In this document: positions 17,713-28,246 of the stretch, in pieces
Numbering within the stretch: position 1 is the first letter of the stretch
Layout: every line of letters begins with the position of its first letter
Assembly (NCBI GenBank): GCA_963720785.1
Contig: CAVRGQ010000009.1
Location: 116,162 to 180,161, forward strand
Direction of reading: 5' to 3'
Length of the DNA: 64,000 bases
Origin: an uncultured Actinomycetes bacterium
GTDB lineage: Bacteria > Actinomycetota > Acidimicrobiia > IMCC26256 > DASPTH01
The notes under the pieces: model-generated
Database searches by the model: none
What the model was told of the DNA's origin: nothing
Seen by the model: only the letters and a program-made list of their open reading frames with translations
Made by a program: the position numbers and the translations under genes

Positions 17713-18591
17713 ATGGATCTCGGCCGTACCGGCATCTGGAGCGGCGAGCTGCGCTTCGGTGAGCGCGGTGCCGTGCGCGACGCCGCGGCCGAGCTCGAGC
17801 GCCTCGGCTACGGCGCCCTGTGGATCCCCGGCGGCATCGGCGGCGCGGTGTTCGCCGAGAGCCGCGACCTGCTCGACGCCACCGAGCACACCGTGGTGGC
17901 CACCGGCATCCTCAACCTCTGGATGCACACGGCCCACGAGGCGGCCACCGAGCACGCGGCACTCACCGCCGACCATCCCGGTCGCTTCCTCCTCGGCATC
18001 GGCGTGAGCCACGCGCCCCTCGTCGACACCGAGGACTCGCCGCGCTACTCGAACTCCAAGCCGATCGCGATGACCAACGCCTTCCTCGACGGCATCGACG
18101 CCGCCGAGCCGCCCGTGCCCGTCGACGAGCGCGTGCTCGCCGCCCTCGGCCCGCGGATGCTGGAGCTCGCCGCGGCGCGCACCGGCGGCGTGCACCCGTA
18201 CCTGGTGCCGCCCGAGCACAGCGCGATCGCCCGGGCAACCGTGGGCCCCGACAAGCTCGTCGCGCCCTGCCAGCACGCGGTGCTCGACACCGACCCGACC
18301 ACCGCCCGCGCCACCGCACGGGAGATGCTGTCGATCTACCTCACGCTGCCGAACTACGTGAACAACTGGCTGCGCCTCGGCTTCACCGACGACGACGTCG
18401 CCGGCGCGGGGAGCGACCGCCTCGTCGACACCGTCGTGGTGTGGGGCGACGAGGCCACCATCGCCGAGCGGGTGCGGGCCCACCTCGACGCCGGCGCCGA
18501 CCACGTGTGCGTGCAGGTCGCCAAGACCCCCGCCGACGACGCCATGCCCCTCGAGGCGTGGCGCCGCCTCGCCCCCGCCCTCAACTCCTGA
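17713..18591 (+). CDS. LLM-class (luciferase-like) oxidoreductase, probably F420-dependent
   Basis: 292 aa, MDLGRTGIWSGELRF...GYGALWIPGG...FLLGIGVSH...VHPYLVPPEH. This pattern is typical of the short LLM F420 subgroup. Confidence 0.8.
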   Translation: MDLGRTGIWSGELRFGERGAVRDAAAELERLGYGALWIPGGIGGAVFAESRDLLDATEHTVVATGILNLWMHTAHEAATEHAALTADHPGRFLLGIGVSHAPLVDTEDSPRYSNSKPIAMTNAFLDGIDAAEPPVPVDERVLAALGPRMLELAAARTGGVHPYLVPPEHSAIARATVGPDKLVAPCQHAVLDTDPTTARATAREMLSIYLTLPNYVNNWLRLGFTDDDVAGAGSDRLVDTVVVWGDEATIAERVRAHLDAGADHVCVQVAKTPADDAMPLEAWRRLAPALNS

Positions 18592-18611
18592 CCGAGACGA
18601 AAGAGACCGCA

Positions 18612-18953
18612 ATGGACATCGAAGAGTTCTACGACGCCGACCCCCGCCGGCGGGAGTCCGAGGAGATCGAGTACGGCCGCGACTGGTCCGACGCCGCAGG
18701 CACCCGCGTCCAGGTCAGCTACGTGGTCGACACCGGCGAGCTGTACTCCATGCAGGAGCCCAACGCCCCGATCTACATGGACCCGGTCGGCGACGTCATC
18801 GAGCCCGACCTCCCCGTGGAGGCCCTCGGGGTCGTCGTGCTCGCGGTGATCCCCACCAAGGAGGCGGCCGACGGCCTCCTCGACGGCTGGCAGCAGGCCA
18901 TGTCGGGGGCGAACAGCATCGAATGGGTGCGGGGTCGGGTCGGGTCCAACTAG
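18612..18953 (+). CDS. Conserved-looking hypothetical protein (113 aa)
   Basis: MDIEEFYDADPRRRESEEIEYGRDW... ATG at 18612, in frame with ORF 17820-18953. No function recognised. Confidence 0.5.
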   Translation: MDIEEFYDADPRRRESEEIEYGRDWSDAAGTRVQVSYVVDTGELYSMQEPNAPIYMDPVGDVIEPDLPVEALGVVVLAVIPTKEAADGLLDGWQQAMSGANSIEWVRGRVGSN

Positions 18954-19021
18954 GTTTCCGTCCGCCCCGTTGCCGGAGGGGCGCGCGCCTCGGTGCGTGC
19001 ACACACGAGAGGGAACGCCAG

Positions 19022-21353
19022 ATGAGTGACACTGCTGTCAGCGCCGGACGCTTCGTCGGTCAGGCCGTCGCCCGCAAGGAGGACCCCCGCCTGTTGACGG
19101 GCCGGGGCCACTACACGGACGACGTCATCCTCCCCAACATGCTGCACGCGCACTTCCTGCGCAGCGACCTCGCCCGGGCGAAGATCACGCACCTCGACGT
19201 GTCGGCCGCCCGCGAGGCCGAGGGCGTCGTGGCGGTGTTCACCGCCGACGACCTCAACGACAAGGTCGCGGTGTCGATGCTGCCCTCGATGTTCCAGGGC
19301 GCCGACGACTTCATGGCCCCGATCTTCCCGCTGGCCAAGGACGACGTGCGCTTCGTCGGCGACCCGATCGTGCTGATCATCGCCCGCAACCGCTACCTCG
19401 CCGAGGACGCCGCCGAACTGATCGAGATCGACTTCGACCCGCTGCCTCCCGTCGTCGACTGGTTCACCGCCGGCGCCGACATGGAGAACAAGGTCCACGA
19501 GAACCGCATGGCCAACGTCTGCATGATGATGGGCGTCCCCATGCCCGACGAGGCGAAGGCCGAGTGCGAGGCCGCGCCGCACACGATCGAGGCGGCGTTC
19601 GTCCAGCACCGCTACAGCGCCGTGCCGATGGAGTGCCGCGCCATCGTCGCCGACTACAACCCCTTCGACAAGTTCCTCGACGTCCACGTCGCCAGCCAGA
19701 ACCCGCACGAGGTGCGCTGCGTCCTCGCCCGCGTCACCGGCCTGCCGGAGAACAACATCCGGGTCCGCATCGGCGACGTCGGCGGCGGCTTCGGTCTCAA
19801 GTCGTTCCTCGGCCGCGAGGAGCAGACCATCGCCCTCGCCGCCTTCCTCACCAACTCCACCATCAAGTGGTCGGAGGACCGCCGCGAGAACCTCATCGCC
19901 TCGGCCCACGCCCGCCAGGAATGGGTGAAGGCGAAGCTCTACGTCGACGCCGACCACAAGATCCTCGGCATCGACATCGACCACCTCGACGACTCCGGCG
20001 CCTACCCGATCGGCGGCGGCAGCGCCGGCCCGCTCGTCGGCCCGCTGATGACCGGCCCGTACAAGATCGACCGCCTCGGGTGGAACTCCACGCAGGTGTG
20101 GACCAACACCTGCGGATCCGCGGCCTACCGCGGCCCGTGGATGATGGAGACCACCGCCCGCGAACAGCTGATGGACCACGCCGCCGCGGCAGCTGGGCAT
20201 CGACCCGCTCGAGTTCCGTCGCATCAACGTGCTCCAGGACACCGACCTCCCCTACGACAACCCCGGCGGCCAGCACATCGAGAACGTGTCGCCGTCGCTC
20301 TCGCAGGAGCAGGCCGCCGAGGCCATCGGCTACGACGAGTTCCGCAAGGAGCAGGCCAAGGCGCGCGAGGAGGGTCGCTACCTCGGCATCGGCATGGCCG
20401 GCTACGTCGAGCCGCAGCCCAACGTGATGGTCTACGGCAACGAGCCCTGCCACGTGCGTATGCACCCCGACGGTCGCGTCGACGTGTTCATCGGTTCCGG
20501 CGCGCACGGCCAGGGCCTCGAGACCACCACCGCGCAGCTCGCCGCCGAGCACCTCGGCGTGCACATCGACGACGTCACCGTGCACCAGGGCGACACCGAG
20601 TCGGCGCCGTTCGGCCCCGGCACCGGTGGCTCCCGCTCCGGCCCGATGATCGGCGCCGCGGTCACCGAGGCGTCGATCATGCTCAAGGAGAAGGTGCTGG
20701 CCATCGCCGCGCACCTGCTCGAGGCCGCGCCCGAAGACCTCGAGGCCGCCGAAGGCGTCGTGTCGGTGAAGGGCACCCCGGCGAAGTCGATCACCATCAA
20801 GCAGGTGGCCGACACCGTCTACGGCGGCCGGGCGCCGCTGCCGCACGAGCTCGACCGCACGCTCGAGGTGATGCACCGCTACGACGCACCGCCCACGATG
20901 TGGTCCAACGCGTGCCACGCCACCACCGTCGAGGTCGACGTCAACACCGGCCTGGTCACCTTCCTCCGCTACGTGGTGGCCGAGGACTGCGGGCGCATGA
21001 TCAACCCGAACATCGTCGACGGCCAGGTGCACGGCGGTGTCGCCCAGGGCATCGGTGGCGTGCTCTACGAGGAGAACGTCTACGACGCCGACGGCAACCC
21101 GCTCGCGTCGACCTTCCTCGACTACCTGCTGCCCACCGCGCACGAGATCCCCGACATCGAGACCATCCACATCGAGACGCCCGCCTCCACCGTCGGTGGC
21201 TACAAGGGTGTCGGTGAGGGTGGCGCGATCGCGGCTCCCGCCGCGGTGTTCAACGCCGTCGCCGACGCGCTCGCGCCGCTCGGCGTGCAGCTGTTCGACC
21301 AGCCGCTCAGCCCCGACAAGATCGTCCGGGCGATCACCGCGGCGAAGGGCTGA
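19022..21353 (+). CDS. Xanthine dehydrogenase / CoxL-family molybdopterin-binding large subunit. Frame broken near 20185-20192.
   Basis: GQAVARKEDPRLLTGRGHYTDD, GGGFG, AAYRGPW. The second half (QLGIDPLEFRRINV...GGYKGVGEGGAIAAPAAVFNAV) is in the 20229-21353 frame. Confidence 0.8.
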
Positions 21354-21981
21354 TCCCGCTCAGGCAGAACTGCCAGATCTCCTCGGGCATGCGCGCGGGG
21401 AGAGAGTCGGACTGCGTCACCGCGGTGTGGATCGCGGCGATGCCGGTGGACATCAGGATGCGCGTCAGCCGTTCCGGCGCGATGTCGCCGCGGATGCGGC
21501 CGGCGTCGGCCGCGGCCTGCACCGACTCGAGCAGCAGCACGCGCGCGGGTTCGAGCGCGTGGTCGAGCTCGTTGGGACGCGCGATCGCGAGCGTGAGGTG
21601 GTACTGCACCAGCACGCACGTCACACGCGGGTCCCGCACCGATCCCCAGTAACTCCCCAGGTATGCGTGGATGCGCTCGACCGGGTCGTCGATGCGCCGC
21701 AGCATCTCGCGCTGCATCTCCGCGCCCGACGCCATGTACTCCTCGAACAACGCCAGGAGGAGGTCGTCCTTGCTCGCGAACGCCTGGTAGAAGCCGCGCA
21801 GCGACAGCTTGGAGCGCTCGACGACCTCCTGGACGGTGAAGTCCATCGAGCCGGTCTCGTCGAGCAGCGAGCGCGCGGCCTGGACGAAGCGCGTGCTCTT
21901 GGTGAGGAGCCGCTTCTTCGCGTCGATCAGGTTGCGCTCGATCGTGCGCTCCTGCCAGGGGCTCAGCTTCTCGGCCGTCAT
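21334..21981 (-). CDS. TetR family transcriptional regulator
   Basis: RLLTKSTRFVQAARSLLDETGSMDFTVQEVVERSKLSLRGFYQAFASKDDLL. ATG at 21981 (residue 188 of ORF 21334-22542). Confidence 0.8.
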   Translation of the reverse strand: MTAEKLSPWQERTIERNLIDAKKRLLTKSTRFVQAARSLLDETGSMDFTVQEVVERSKLSLRGFYQAFASKDDLLLALFEEYMASGAEMQREMLRRIDDPVERIHAYLGSYWGSVRDPRVTCVLVQYHLTLAIARPNELDHALEPARVLLLESVQAAADAGRIRGDIAPERLTRILMSTGIAAIHTAVTQSDSLPARMPEEIWQFCLSGISPSPR

Positions 21982-22146
21982 GAGAGGCGCACAATAGGCA
22001 CGGTCCAGGGCGACTTGTCCAGACGCCCGGACCTGCGCGACCCTCCCCGCGGGACCTTGTGCCCTACCGGCGGAAATGCCGTTTCCGGCAGGCTCGCCGG
22101 GTTGGCGTTCGAGCCCGATGCCAGGAAGGCCCACAGGAGGACCGGG

Positions 22147-23373
22147 ATGACCGCGACCGAGCTGTACTACGACCCGTACGACTACTCGATCGACGACGAC
22201 CCCTACCCGGTCTGGGCCCGCCTGCGCGACGAGGCGCCGCTGTACCACAACGAGGAGCTGGGCTTCTACGCCCTCAGCCGCTACGACGACGTGCTCGACG
22301 GCCTCCTCGACTCCGCGACCTTCGTGTCGAGCCACGGCATCACCATGGAGATGATCAGCTCGGAGCCGCTCGGCGTCCCGATGATGATCATGATGGACCC
22401 GCCGCAGCACACCCGGCTGCGCAAGCTCGTGAGCCGTGCCTTCACGCCGATGCGCGTCGCGCAGCTCGAGCCGCGCATCCGCCAGGTCTGCGGCGAGCTG
22501 CTCGACCCGCTCGCCGACCGCAAGGAGTGGGACCTCATCCAAGACTTCGCCGGCCTGCTGCCGCCCACGGTCATCCTCGCCCTACTCGGCTTCCCCACCG
22601 ACATCGCCAAGGAGTGGCGCAAGGAGGTCGACGCCGCGATCCACCTCGAGGAGGGCTCCACCGGGGAGGGGGCGGCGATGCGCTACGGCACCGACATCGT
22701 GAGCCGCACCGGCGAGCTCGGCTCCGTGGTGTTCGACATGCTGCCCGGCCTCATCGAGGAGCGGCGCAAGAACCCGCAGGACGACATGCTCTCGGGCCTC
22801 GTGCACGCGGAGGTCGACGACGAGGAGGGTGAGCACCGCACGCTCACCGACGCCGAGATCTACTCGTTCATCCAGCTCCTCTCCATCGCCGGCAGCGAGA
22901 CGGTCGTGCGCCTGCTCGGCTTCGCCACCGTCACCCTGAACAAGTTCCCCGACCAGCGCGAGATCCTCGTGAACGAGCCCGACTGGATCCCGAACGCGGT
23001 CGAGGAGACGCTGCGCTTCGAGGCGCCGTCGCCCATCCAGGGCCGCTGGGTCGCCAAGGACGTCGAGCTGCACGGCACCGTCGTGCCGCGCGGCTCCAAG
23101 ATGGCGATGCTCAACGGTTCGGCCGACCGCGACTCGCGGCACTTCCCCGACGGCGACCGCTACGACGTGAAGCGCGAGATCGACCGTCACCTCGCGTTCG
23201 GCTACGGCACGCACTTCTGCATCGGGGCCACGCTTGCCCGCCTCGAGGGCCGCATCGCCCTCGACGAGCTCCTCGAGCGCCACCCCACCTGGGACGTCGA
23301 CGAGGCCCACGTGCAGAAGATCCACACGAGTACGGTGCGGGGCTACACCAGCGTCCCGGTGATCACGGGCTAG
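22147..23373 (+). CDS. Cytochrome P450
   Basis: Heme loop FGYGTHFCIGATLAR, I-helix AGSETV, EETLRF. Confidence 0.9.
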   Translation: MTATELYYDPYDYSIDDDPYPVWARLRDEAPLYHNEELGFYALSRYDDVLDGLLDSATFVSSHGITMEMISSEPLGVPMMIMMDPPQHTRLRKLVSRAFTPMRVAQLEPRIRQVCGELLDPLADRKEWDLIQDFAGLLPPTVILALLGFPTDIAKEWRKEVDAAIHLEEGSTGEGAAMRYGTDIVSRTGELGSVVFDMLPGLIEERRKNPQDDMLSGLVHAEVDDEEGEHRTLTDAEIYSFIQLLSIAGSETVVRLLGFATVTLNKFPDQREILVNEPDWIPNAVEETLRFEAPSPIQGRWVAKDVELHGTVVPRGSKMAMLNGSADRDSRHFPDGDRYDVKREIDRHLAFGYGTHFCIGATLARLEGRIALDELLERHPTWDVDEAHVQKIHTSTVRGYTSVPVITG

Positions 23374-23408
23374 CCAGCCTGGCGGGTCACCGGCAACACC
23401 CAGGAGCA

Positions 23409-24641
23409 ATGTTGGGGGCTCTGTCACACATCCGGATCTGCGACCTCAGCGGCCAGCTCGCCGGCGCAGGTGCCACCCGGTTCCTCGCCGCGTTCGGCGC
23501 CCAGGTCATCCGCGTCGAGGACCCCGTCCGCAAGGGCGGCTGGGACATCGTCCGCGGTTCGGGCCCCTACAAGGGCGAGCCGGGCATCGAGACGAGCGGC
23601 GGGTTCAACAACCACAACGTCGAGAAGCTCGGCATCACCATCAACCTCCGCGAGGAGCGCGGCAAGGAGTTGCTGCGCGAGCTCGTCGCCGTGTCCGACG
23701 CGGTCACCGAGAACTTCGCCGCGGGTGTGCTCGCGCGCATGGGCTTCCCCTACGAGGAGCTCGCCCGCATCCGGCCCGACATCGTCTACGTGTCGAACTC
23801 CGGGTTCGGCAACCACGGCCCGTACTCCACGTTCAAGACGTGGGGCCCGATCGTGCAGGCCGTGTGCGGTCTCACCTTCGAGTCGGGCCTCCCCGACCTG
23901 CCGCCCGCGGGCTGGGGCTACTCCTACATGGACCACATGGGCGCCTACTCCATGGCCGTCGCCCTGCTCGCCGGCCTCGTGCACCGGTCGCGCACCGGCG
24001 AGGGCCAGTGGATCGACATGGCGTGCGTCGAGGCCGGCACCACCTTCACCGGGCCCGACCTCCTCGACTACACGGTCAACGACCGGCCGCTGCGGCGCCC
24101 GGGCATGCCCGACTCCAACCACAGCCACTCGCCGCTCATGGCCCCGCACGCGATCTACGCGGCATCCGGCGACGACAACTGGATCGCGATCGCGTGTCGC
24201 GACGACGCCGATTGGGAACGCCTCGTCGACGTGATCGGCGAACCCTGGGCCGAGGATCGCCGCGGTGACTCGCTCGCGCAGCGCGTCGCCGCGCAAGCCG
24301 ACCTCGACGAGCACATCGGCGCATGGACGAGCGGCCACGACCGCTTCGACCTCGCCGCGCGCCTGCGCGGCGTGGGCGTGCCGGCCAGCGCGGTGCAACA
24401 GCCCGGTGAACGCATCGAACGCGACCCCGCCACCACCGAGTTCGGCCTGTGGCCCGTCGCCACGCATCAGGTGATCGGCGAGATGCCGGTCGACGGCGTG
24501 CCCGCACACCTGTCGGAGACCGACTGGGAGATCCGCAACGGTGCGCCCTGCCTCGGGCAGCACACGCGCCAGGTGCTCACCGAGGTGCTCGGCAAGGACG
24601 ACGCCGAGATCGACGCGCTCTACGCGGAAGGGGTCCTCTGA
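23409..24641 (+). CDS. Family III CoA-transferase (CaiB/BaiF type)
   Basis: IRICDLSGQLAGAGATRFLAAFGAQVIRVEDP. AGGAG precedes the ATG. Confidence 0.85.
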   Translation: MLGALSHIRICDLSGQLAGAGATRFLAAFGAQVIRVEDPVRKGGWDIVRGSGPYKGEPGIETSGGFNNHNVEKLGITINLREERGKELLRELVAVSDAVTENFAAGVLARMGFPYEELARIRPDIVYVSNSGFGNHGPYSTFKTWGPIVQAVCGLTFESGLPDLPPAGWGYSYMDHMGAYSMAVALLAGLVHRSRTGEGQWIDMACVEAGTTFTGPDLLDYTVNDRPLRRPGMPDSNHSHSPLMAPHAIYAASGDDNWIAIACRDDADWERLVDVIGEPWAEDRRGDSLAQRVAAQADLDEHIGAWTSGHDRFDLAARLRGVGVPASAVQQPGERIERDPATTEFGLWPVATHQVIGEMPVDGVPAHLSETDWEIRNGAPCLGQHTRQVLTEVLGKDDAEIDALYAEGVL

Positions 24642-25876
24642 TGGGAGCCGAATCGAACCGGCCCGGACCTCTGGACGGCCTCAAGGTCATCGAGCTGGCG
24701 AGCGCGCGCTCGCAGTTCGCCGGCAAGCAGTTCGCCGACATGGGCGCCGACGTCATCGTGGTGGAGCCGCCCGGCGGCCACCACACCCGCACCTACGGCC
24801 CGTTCGCCGACGACGTCGAGTCACCCGAGCACAGCCTCTGGTGGTGGCTCTACAACACGTCGAAGCGCGGCGTGGTGCTCGACCTCGACACCCCCGGGGG
24901 CGCGGCCAAGTTCGCCGAGCTCGCGCGCGATGCCGACATCGTGCTCGAGGGCGAGGATCCCGGCCGCCTCGACGCGCTCGGCATCGACCACGTGCAGCTG
25001 CGCGACGCGCACCCGGAGCTCATCTGGGTGTCGGTCACCCCATACGGGCGCACCACGTCACGTGCCAGCGAGCCCGCCACCGACCTCACCATCCTCGCGG
25101 GCGGTGGGCCGGCGTGGAGCTGCGGCTACGACGACCACACCATCCCGCCCGTGCGCGGCGGCGGCAACCAGGCCGCGCACATGGCCGGCATGTTCGCGGT
25201 GATGACGACCCTCACCGCGCTGCTCGCCAAGGACGTGACCGGTCGCGGTCAGCACATCGACGTCAACATGACCGCGTGCGCCAACGTGTCGACCGAGGCC
25301 GGCAGCTACATGTGGCACACCGACAAGATCACCGTGCAGCGACAGACCGGCCGCCACGCCACCCCGGTGCTCACGATGCCGAGCCAGGTGCGGTGCAAGG
25401 ACGGCCGCTACGTCAACACCGGCTTCCCGCCGCGCAGCGTCAAGGAATTCGAGGCCCTCATCGGCTGGCTCGACACGCTCGGGCTCACCGACGACTGCCC
25501 CGACGCCCCGCTGCTGCAGCTCGGCGTGGAGCGCGGCGGCGTGTCGATGACCGAGCTGTCGACCGACGAACTCGCCAGCGCGATCTTCGGCGCGGGGCGC
25601 GAGGCGATGGTGTTCATCGCGCAGCACATCGACGCGATGGAGTACTTCGAGACGGGCCAGCGGGCGGGCATCCCGTGTGGGATCGTCGCCTCGCCGGAGG
25701 AAGCGTTCGAGATGCCGCACTTCGTCGAGCGCGGCTTCCAGGTGGAGGTCGAGCACGACGTCATCGGCCGGTCGGTGCGCTACCCGGGGGCGCCGGCGAT
25801 CATGCCGGCCTCACCGTGGCGCATCTCCCGCCGCGCCCCCAAGATCGGCGAACACGACCAGGAAGTTCTGGGCTGA
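24641..25876 (+). CDS. Family III CoA-transferase, second of a tandem pair
   Basis: LDGLKVIELASARSQFAGKQFADMGADVIVVEPPGG. The ATG shares 1 nt with the upstream TGA. Confidence 0.85.
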   Translation: MGAESNRPGPLDGLKVIELASARSQFAGKQFADMGADVIVVEPPGGHHTRTYGPFADDVESPEHSLWWWLYNTSKRGVVLDLDTPGGAAKFAELARDADIVLEGEDPGRLDALGIDHVQLRDAHPELIWVSVTPYGRTTSRASEPATDLTILAGGGPAWSCGYDDHTIPPVRGGGNQAAHMAGMFAVMTTLTALLAKDVTGRGQHIDVNMTACANVSTEAGSYMWHTDKITVQRQTGRHATPVLTMPSQVRCKDGRYVNTGFPPRSVKEFEALIGWLDTLGLTDDCPDAPLLQLGVERGGVSMTELSTDELASAIFGAGREAMVFIAQHIDAMEYFETGQRAGIPCGIVASPEEAFEMPHFVERGFQVEVEHDVIGRSVRYPGAPAIMPASPWRISRRAPKIGEHDQEVLG

Positions 25877-25880
25877 GCCC

Positions 25881-26645
25881 TCAGGTCACTCGGCGGTAGC
25901 GGGCGACCGCGATGGGCATGCACACCGCGGTGATGCCGACGATCCAGGCGACCGCCTTCCACACCTCGTTCGACGCGTTGCCAGTGAGGGTGAGCTCACG
26001 CACCGCGTTGATCACCACCGACACGGGCTGGTTCCTCGCCCAGCCCTGCAGCCACGACGGCATCGTCGCAACGGGCACGAATGCCGACGACGCGAACACC
26101 ATCACCGCGAGGAACGGGAACGAGATGGCCTGCGCGGTCTCGCTGTTGCGCGCGGTGAGCCCGACGATCGCGAAGGCCCACGACAACGCGTACGCAAAGC
26201 CGAGGAGCAACAGCAACGATCCGAAGAGCGCGCCGGTGCCGGTCTCGACCGTCCAGCCGACCGCGAACCCCACGAGCATCATCAGCACGACCACGAAGAA
26301 GTTGCGCAAGAGATCGGCGGTGGTGCGGCCGGTGAGCACCGCGGCGCGCGAGATCGGCAGCGAGCGGAACCGGTCGATGAGGCCGAGGTGGAGGTCGTCG
26401 GCGAGGCCTACCCCGGTGGTGAGCGCACCGAACACGATCGTCTGCACGAACACGCCGGGCATCAGGTAGTTCACGTAGGTCTGGCCGGGCGGCAGCGATC
26501 CCTGGATCGCACCGCCGAACACGTAGCGGAACATCAGCACGAAGATGACCGGCTGGATCGTCGCGAACACGAGCAGCTCGGGGTTGCGCCGGATGTTGAG
26601 GATGTTGCGCCACGCCATCGCGCGGGTGTCGGCGACCAGCGTCAT
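25881..26645 (-). CDS. ABC-2 type exporter permease (DrrB-like)
   Basis: AWRNILNIRRNPELLVFATIQPVIFVLMFRYVFGG, with six hydrophobic segments. ATGA overlap with the ATPase gene. Confidence 0.8.
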   Translation of the reverse strand: MTLVADTRAMAWRNILNIRRNPELLVFATIQPVIFVLMFRYVFGGAIQGSLPPGQTYVNYLMPGVFVQTIVFGALTTGVGLADDLHLGLIDRFRSLPISRAAVLTGRTTADLLRNFFVVVLMMLVGFAVGWTVETGTGALFGSLLLLLGFAYALSWAFAIVGLTARNSETAQAISFPFLAVMVFASSAFVPVATMPSWLQGWARNQPVSVVINAVRELTLTGNASNEVWKAVAWIVGITAVCMPIAVARYRRVT

Positions 26646-27692
26646 CGCGCACCTCCTTCGGACTTCGCCTTCCGGCCGCGACCCTTCGTGACCACGGCGT
26701 CCTCGTCGTCGGTGTCAGCCACCTCTTCGGCGGCGTGCCCGGTGAGGGAGAGGAACACGTCGTCGAGCGTGGGTTCGCGCAACACCATGGTGGCGGGCTC
26801 GAGCCCGGCGGCATCGAGCGCGCGCACCGCTTCGAGCATCGCCTGCGCGCTCGGCGTCACCCGCGACACCGATACGCACCACCTCGCCCTTCGTGCGCAG
26901 ATCGCCCACCGGCGCCAGCGCGCCGGCCGCCTGCTCGGCCAATGCGGCGTCGCGGAAGCCGACCTCGATCACCGTGGTGGCGAAGCGGCTCTTGAGCTCA
27001 CCCGATGTCCCCTCCGCGATCACGGTGCCGTGGTCGATGACGAGAATGCGGTCGGCGAGCGCGTCGGCCTCCTCCAGGTACTGGGTGGTGAGCAGCACCG
27101 TGGTGCCGCCCCCGACCAGGCTGCGGATCACGCCCCACAGCTCGTTGCGCCCCTTGGGGTCGAGGCCGGTGGTCGGCTCGTCGAGGAACAGGACCGGCGG
27201 TTCGTGCACCAGCGCAGCCGCGAGGTCGAGCCGCCGCCGCATGCCACCCGAGAAGGTGCGCACGAGCCGGTCGGCGGCCTTCGCGAGGTTGAACTGCTCG
27301 AGCAGCACGTCGGCCCGCGCCGCGGTGCGCTGCGGCGACAGGTGCGTGAGCTTGCCGACGAGGCGCAGGTTCTCGCGGCCCGTGAGGTTCTCGTCGACCG
27401 CGGCGTACTGGCCCGCGAGGCCGATCGAGGCGCGCACCTTGGTGGCCTCGCGCTGCACATCGAGGCCGAGCACCCGCCCGGTACCCGCGGTGGGCTTGGC
27501 CAGCGTGGTGAGCATGCGCACGGTGGTGGTCTTGCCCGCGCCGTTGGGGCCCAGCACGCCCAGCACGGTGCCCTCCGGCACCGTGAAGCTGACGTCGCGC
27601 ACCGCTTCGACTTCGCCGAAGCACTTCACCAGCCCGATTGCTTCGATGGCTGCATCGCTCGCCGCGACGTCGGCGGCTCCGTTCGAATCCAT
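26642..27692 (-). CDS. ABC transporter ATP-binding protein (DrrA-like). Frame broken near 26870.
   Basis: Walker A GPNGAGKTT, signature FSGGMRRR, Walker B VLFLDEPTTGLD. The C-terminal 75 aa is in the 26642-26869 frame. Confidence 0.85.
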
Positions 27693-27782
27693 TCAGGGCA
27701 GCCTAAGCAGGCGCCGTGGAACGGGACTGGCAATTTCGGCGGCGATGGTGGCAGGCTCCCCCGACTTCGACCGGGAGCAGAC

Positions 27783-28241
27783 ATGGCCAGGAGCGAGCTG
27801 TACCACGTGGGGATCGTCGTCCCCGACCTCGAGTCCGCGCGCGACCACTTCGGTCTGCTGCTCGGCCTCGAATGGGGACCGATCGTCGAGGGTCCGGTGG
27901 AGTTGCGCGACGCCGACGGCAACGACATCGTCGTGCCCAACCGCATCTGCTACTCGACCGAGGCACCCCACATCGAGCTGATCGAGGAGACGCCGGGCAC
28001 GGTGTGGGTGTGCAACGAGTACTCCAACCTGCATCACATCGGCTTCTGGTCCGACAACCTCGTGGGCGACTCCGTGGATCTCGGGGCGACGCGCTGCCCG
28101 CTCGACGTGATGGGCCGCGACGGCACCCACGCGCCGGTGAACTTCACGTACCACCGCGATCCGCTCGGGGTGCGCATCGAGCACGTCGACGCGAACATCC
28201 GCCCCCTGATGGAGCAGTTCATCTTCCAGAAGCCGGAGTAA
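27783..28241 (+). CDS. VOC (glyoxalase/dioxygenase fold) family protein
   Basis: LYHVGIVVPDLESARDHFGLLLG ... NLHHIGFWSD. Confidence 0.7.
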   Translation: MARSELYHVGIVVPDLESARDHFGLLLGLEWGPIVEGPVELRDADGNDIVVPNRICYSTEAPHIELIEETPGTVWVCNEYSNLHHIGFWSDNLVGDSVDLGATRCPLDVMGRDGTHAPVNFTYHRDPLGVRIEHVDANIRPLMEQFIFQKPE

Positions 28242-28246
28242 CTCGC

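Noticed and set aside
21334-21353. Convergent 3-prime overlaps (21334-21353, 12584-12632, 38778-38800) as antisense regulatory devices.
   Set aside because: Short terminal overlaps are common in compact high-GC genomes. Some may come from over-extended ORF ends. Nothing else supports a regulatory role.
27676-27695. gttcgaatcc, which resembles a tRNA T-arm.
   Set aside because: It is the reverse complement of the first codons (ATG GAT TCG AAC) of the ABC ATPase gene. No acceptor stem or anticodon arm can be drawn around it.
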